DNA of 64,000 nucleotides from Candidatus Woesebacteria bacterium GW2011_GWB1_39_10 (lineage in GTDB: Bacteria; Patescibacteriota; Microgenomatia; UBA8517), in NCBI GenBank assembly GCA_000993205.1, contig LBVU01000001.1, positions 8,155 to 72,154 of the forward strand. The letters run 5' to 3'. Below are positions 61,145-64,000 of the stretch, piece by piece (the first letter of the stretch is position 1; each line of letters begins with the position of its first letter). A model generated the notes under the pieces. That model searched no databases. It worked only from the letters and a program-made list of their open reading frames with translations, and had not been told where the DNA came from. The translations under genes and the position numbers were made by a program.

Positions 61145-62869
61145 ATGAAATTTAAAGTATTTGCTGAATATTTAGAAAAACTGGAGAAGACGCCTTCGAG
61201 GCTGGAAATAACCAGGATTTTGACTGACCTTTTTAAAGATACTTCTTCAGGTGAAATCCAAAAAACCGTATATTTATCGCTTGGTGTTTTGGCCCCGAAT
61301 TATGAAGGTGTTTTATTAAATCTGGCTGAGAAGATGGTGGCGAGAGCCATTGCAATCGCGTATAAACAAGATCTTCAGACGGTCTCGAAGACGTATAAGG
61401 AAAAAGGGGATATGGGGGATGTTGCGGAACACTACCATAATTCGAATTATGGTAGTGCTATGAATAAAAATTTGTCTGTTACAGATGTATACGAAAAGTT
61501 ATTAGAAATTGCGAGGGATGACGGGGAGGGGAGTGCGGATCGGAAAATAAAAAAAATGGCAGACATACTTGCGAGGGTTGATCCCTTGTCTGCGAGGTAT
61601 TTAGCCAGAATTCCGGTCGGAAAACTCAGACTTGGATTTTCTGAAAAAACTGTGATAGCTGCTTTAGCGAAAAGTGACAAGAAACAAGAGGTGGAGATAG
61701 AAAAGGCCTACAACATTAGACCGGATATTGGCTATATTGCCCGGTTGGTAAAAAGTAACAAGTTACAAGAAACAAGACCGGAGGTGGGGGTTCCGGTAGT
61801 TCCTATGCTTGCACAAAGACTGAACTCAACTAGCGAAATGATAAAAAAGATGAGAGAGGTGTCGGTTGAACCAAAATTCGATGGGCTTAGAATTTTTATT
61901 CATTTTCGGCGCAAGGACAATCTAATCAAAATATTCACACGCAATATGAATGCGATTGATATAAACACTTTTCCGGAACTCCTAGATGTTGGCAAGTACA
62001 TCAAAGCTGATGAGACCATTTTGGATACTGAAGCAATTGGTCTGGACCCCACTTCGCCAAGGCTTCGCGGGGCAGGCCCCGTTTTTCTTGACTTTCAAAG
62101 AACTATCCAACGTCGTCGTAAACATGATATTGCAAAAAACGCCTCAGAAATTCCACTCCAATTTCAGGTATTCGATATACTTCTTGTCAACGGAAAAAGT
62201 CTTATCAATACCCCGTATGTTGCCAGAAGAGAAGAGTTAGAGAAGGTTGTTGTTAATGGAGGTCTACTCAGAGTGGACGAGAATACAATAACAGATAATC
62301 CTGAGGTAATTAAAAAGTATCACGAAAAATATTTAAAAATGGGACTTGAAGGCGTTGTTGTTAAAAAAGCTAATGCAGGCTATGTCTCGGGAAGAACTGG
62401 ATGGAACTGGATAAAGATGAAGGAGGCCGAGGGTCAGTCGGGAAGATTATCCGATACAGTCGATTGCGTTGTAATGGGGTATTCAGTTGGGAAGGGTAAG
62501 CGATCCGGTTTTGGGGTTGGACAATTTTTAGTTGGCGTTAAAGATGGAGATGTATTCAAATCTGTTACAAAAGTTGGTACAGGGCTTACAGATGAACAGT
62601 TTAGGGAATTAAACACAAGACTCAGAAAACTTTCGACAAAAGAAAAACCCAAAGAGTACGAAGTTCACAATGATCTAACTCCCGATTATTGGGTCAGCCC
62701 CAGTCTTGTAGTAGAGCTTGCGGCCGATGAGATTACGAAAAGCCCTAAACACACTTCGGGTCTTGCCCTCCGGTTCCCGCGGCTCGTCAATTTCCGTGAT
62801 GACAAAAGTGTCGGCGAAGCCACAACTATCAAAGAGCTTCGAGAAATGTTAAGAATGCAGAAAGTCTAA
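61145..62869 (+). CDS. ATP-dependent DNA ligase carrying an in-frame repeat-element insertion
   Basis: Motif I KFDGLR. Adenylation and OB domains. The extra segment DPTSPRLRGAGP comes from the 25-nt element. Confidence 0.8.
   Translation: MKFKVFAEYLEKLEKTPSRLEITRILTDLFKDTSSGEIQKTVYLSLGVLAPNYEGVLLNLAEKMVARAIAIAYKQDLQTVSKTYKEKGDMGDVAEHYHNSNYGSAMNKNLSVTDVYEKLLEIARDDGEGSADRKIKKMADILARVDPLSARYLARIPVGKLRLGFSEKTVIAALAKSDKKQEVEIEKAYNIRPDIGYIARLVKSNKLQETRPEVGVPVVPMLAQRLNSTSEMIKKMREVSVEPKFDGLRIFIHFRRKDNLIKIFTRNMNAIDINTFPELLDVGKYIKADETILDTEAIGLDPTSPRLRGAGPVFLDFQRTIQRRRKHDIAKNASEIPLQFQVFDILLVNGKSLINTPYVARREELEKVVVNGGLLRVDENTITDNPEVIKKYHEKYLKMGLEGVVVKKANAGYVSGRTGWNWIKMKEAEGQSGRLSDTVDCVVMGYSVGKGKRSGFGVGQFLVGVKDGDVFKSVTKVGTGLTDEQFRELNTRLRKLSTKEKPKEYEVHNDLTPDYWVSPSLVVELAADEITKSPKHTSGLALRFPRLVNFRDDKSVGEATTIKELREMLRMQKV
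62047..62072 (+). repeat. GC-rich 25-nt element, copy 3 (CCCCACTTCGCCAAGGCTTCGCGGGG), inside the ligase gene
   Basis: Matches 17584-17610 and 58004-58028. Confidence 0.8.
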
Positions 62870-62889
62870 TGTTTTGTTAACATTAATTA

Positions 62890-64000
62890 ATGCTTGAGGA
62901 TCACAAAATCGGAACGATGCCCGATGCCCCAAAATTCAGAAGTCTTTTTGGACCTTCTTTTATTCTTCTTGGTTTGGGGCTGGGGAGCGGGGAAGTAATT
63001 CTTTGGCCGTATCTTACCGCGAACTTTGGAATGGGAATAATTTGGGCCGCAATACTTGGGATCACGCTCCAATTTTTTATCAATATGGAAATTGAAAGAT
63101 ATTCTTTAGTTCGCGGCGAAAGTATTTTTGTGGGATTTGCCAGAAAGTTCAAATACGCTCCTGTCTGGTTTATTTTTTCTACACTTGCGGGATTCATTTG
63201 GCCCGGAATTGTAGCGGCTTCAGCAAAGTTGATTGGTATCGTTTTTGGTATAGCCGAAACACATTTTATTGCAATCGGAATGTTGGTTTTAATGGGTTTA
63301 ATTCTAACTTTGGGACCGATTTTGTACAAAACTATGGAAAAATTTTCAATGATTCTCATTGGACTCGGAGTACCTGCAATTTTTGTGTTGACTGTATATT
63401 TGGCCAATTCGGCCGATTGGACAAGTTTGTTTAAGGGCATAATAGGAATTGGAGAGGGATACAATTTTTTGCCGGCGGGTATTCCCATTGCTTCATTTTT
63501 AGCTGCATTTGCCTTTTCGGGCGCCGGGGGAAATCTTAATTTGGCTCAATCTTTTTATATTAAGGAAAAAGGATACGGAATGGGAAAGTTTGGCGGACGT
63601 ATTACAAGTATCTTGACGGGGAAAGTTGAAGATATTCGACTTGAAGGAACGAGATTTGAAATAAATAACGACAATTTGAGGAAATTTAAGACTTGGTGGA
63701 ATTTGATAAACAAAGAACATTTCATGGTATTTTGGGCAACGGGGGCGTTCACAATCTGTTTATTGGCTCTCTTGTCATATTCGACCGTGTTTGGGAACGT
63801 TACCCCGGGATCCGGAATCAATTTTGTTATCTTTGAGGCCGCAGCAATTGCCAAAGCCTCCGCTCCTTTTGTTGGGACACTGTTCCTTATAATTGGAGGA
63901 ATAATGCTTTTTTCAACTCAAATGACCGTGATGGACGCAACCAGCAGAATCATGTCCGAAAATCTTTTAATTTTGAATAGACACAAATGGGAGACAAAAA
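62890..64000 (+). CDS. NRAMP-family-like polytopic metal-ion transporter, 5' partial (runs off the window end); the canonical DPGN motif is replaced by GSGE
   Basis: No stop before the window end. GPSFILLGLGLGSGEVILWPYL...ITLQFFINMEIERY parallels MntH GPG..DPGN...LLQ...E..R. Antisense ORFs 62901-63488 and 63555-63854 are rejected. Confidence 0.45.
   Translation, partial: MLEDHKIGTMPDAPKFRSLFGPSFILLGLGLGSGEVILWPYLTANFGMGIIWAAILGITLQFFINMEIERYSLVRGESIFVGFARKFKYAPVWFIFSTLAGFIWPGIVAASAKLIGIVFGIAETHFIAIGMLVLMGLILTLGPILYKTMEKFSMILIGLGVPAIFVLTVYLANSADWTSLFKGIIGIGEGYNFLPAGIPIASFLAAFAFSGAGGNLNLAQSFYIKEKGYGMGKFGGRITSILTGKVEDIRLEGTRFEINNDNLRKFKTWWNLINKEHFMVFWATGAFTICLLALLSYSTVFGNVTPGSGINFVIFEAAAIAKASAPFVGTLFLIIGGIMLFSTQMTVMDATSRIMSENLLILNRHKWETK

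Noticed and set aside
62901-63854. Minus-strand ORFs 62901-63488 and 63555-63854 from the ORF track
   Set aside because: The plus strand carries an uninterrupted ORF from 62890 to the window end, with NRAMP-like membrane topology. The minus-strand ORFs are antisense shadows. The plus ORF is absent from the track only because it lacks a stop inside the window.
1-64000. Scan for CRISPR arrays and rRNA genes
   Set aside because: No direct repeats of 24-48 nt with regular unique spacers were seen. The repeats found are heptamer arrays or dispersed short elements. No stretch resembling 16S/23S/5S conserved cores was seen.

Overview
Gene-dense, AT-rich (~40% GC) bacterial segment whose gene content resembles a Candidate Phyla Radiation / Patescibacteria genome: class I aldolase, split transketolase, B12-dependent class II ribonucleotide reductase (RNR), many small unknown membrane proteins, abundant toxin-antitoxin pairs. 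Ordinary content: a glycolysis / pentose-phosphate supercluster (tpiA, rpiB, pgk, gap, rpe, tktAB, fba, pfkB-like), epmA-efp, two tandem class A penicillin-binding proteins (PBPs), nrdR-nrdJ-pduO, trpS, ftsH, recF, fpg, 5'-3' exonuclease, ATP-dependent DNA ligase, a Xer-like tyrosine recombinase, Fic, and brnTA/higBA/vapBC modules. Two tRNAs were found (tRNA-Ile with anticodon UAU, tRNA-Met CAU); no rRNA and no CRISPR array. Unusual content: (1) the left edge (1-5700) is GC-richer and carries an E1-like ThiF-family adenylating enzyme next to a weakly E2/UEV-like ORF fragment and GC-rich unknown ORFs, a candidate ubiquitin-like conjugation module; (2) several families of short repeats (a 25-nt GC-rich element, tandem heptamers GTACARA, GAAAYYC and GATACTA, a 7-bp-stem hairpin) sit inside otherwise conserved housekeeping genes in frame (gap, recF, ligase, pduO, 5'-3' exonuclease, fpg, a glycosyltransferase), or form the last codons plus stop of genes; (3) a possible integration hotspot: tRNA-Ile(UAU), a repeat-flanked four-helix-bundle gene, a Xer-like recombinase, a GC-rich structured non-coding stretch, and a tRNA-Met with an orphan 5'-half copy upstream and two diverged 3'-half copies downstream. 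All calls come from reading the ORF translations and the raw sequence; no database search was possible.
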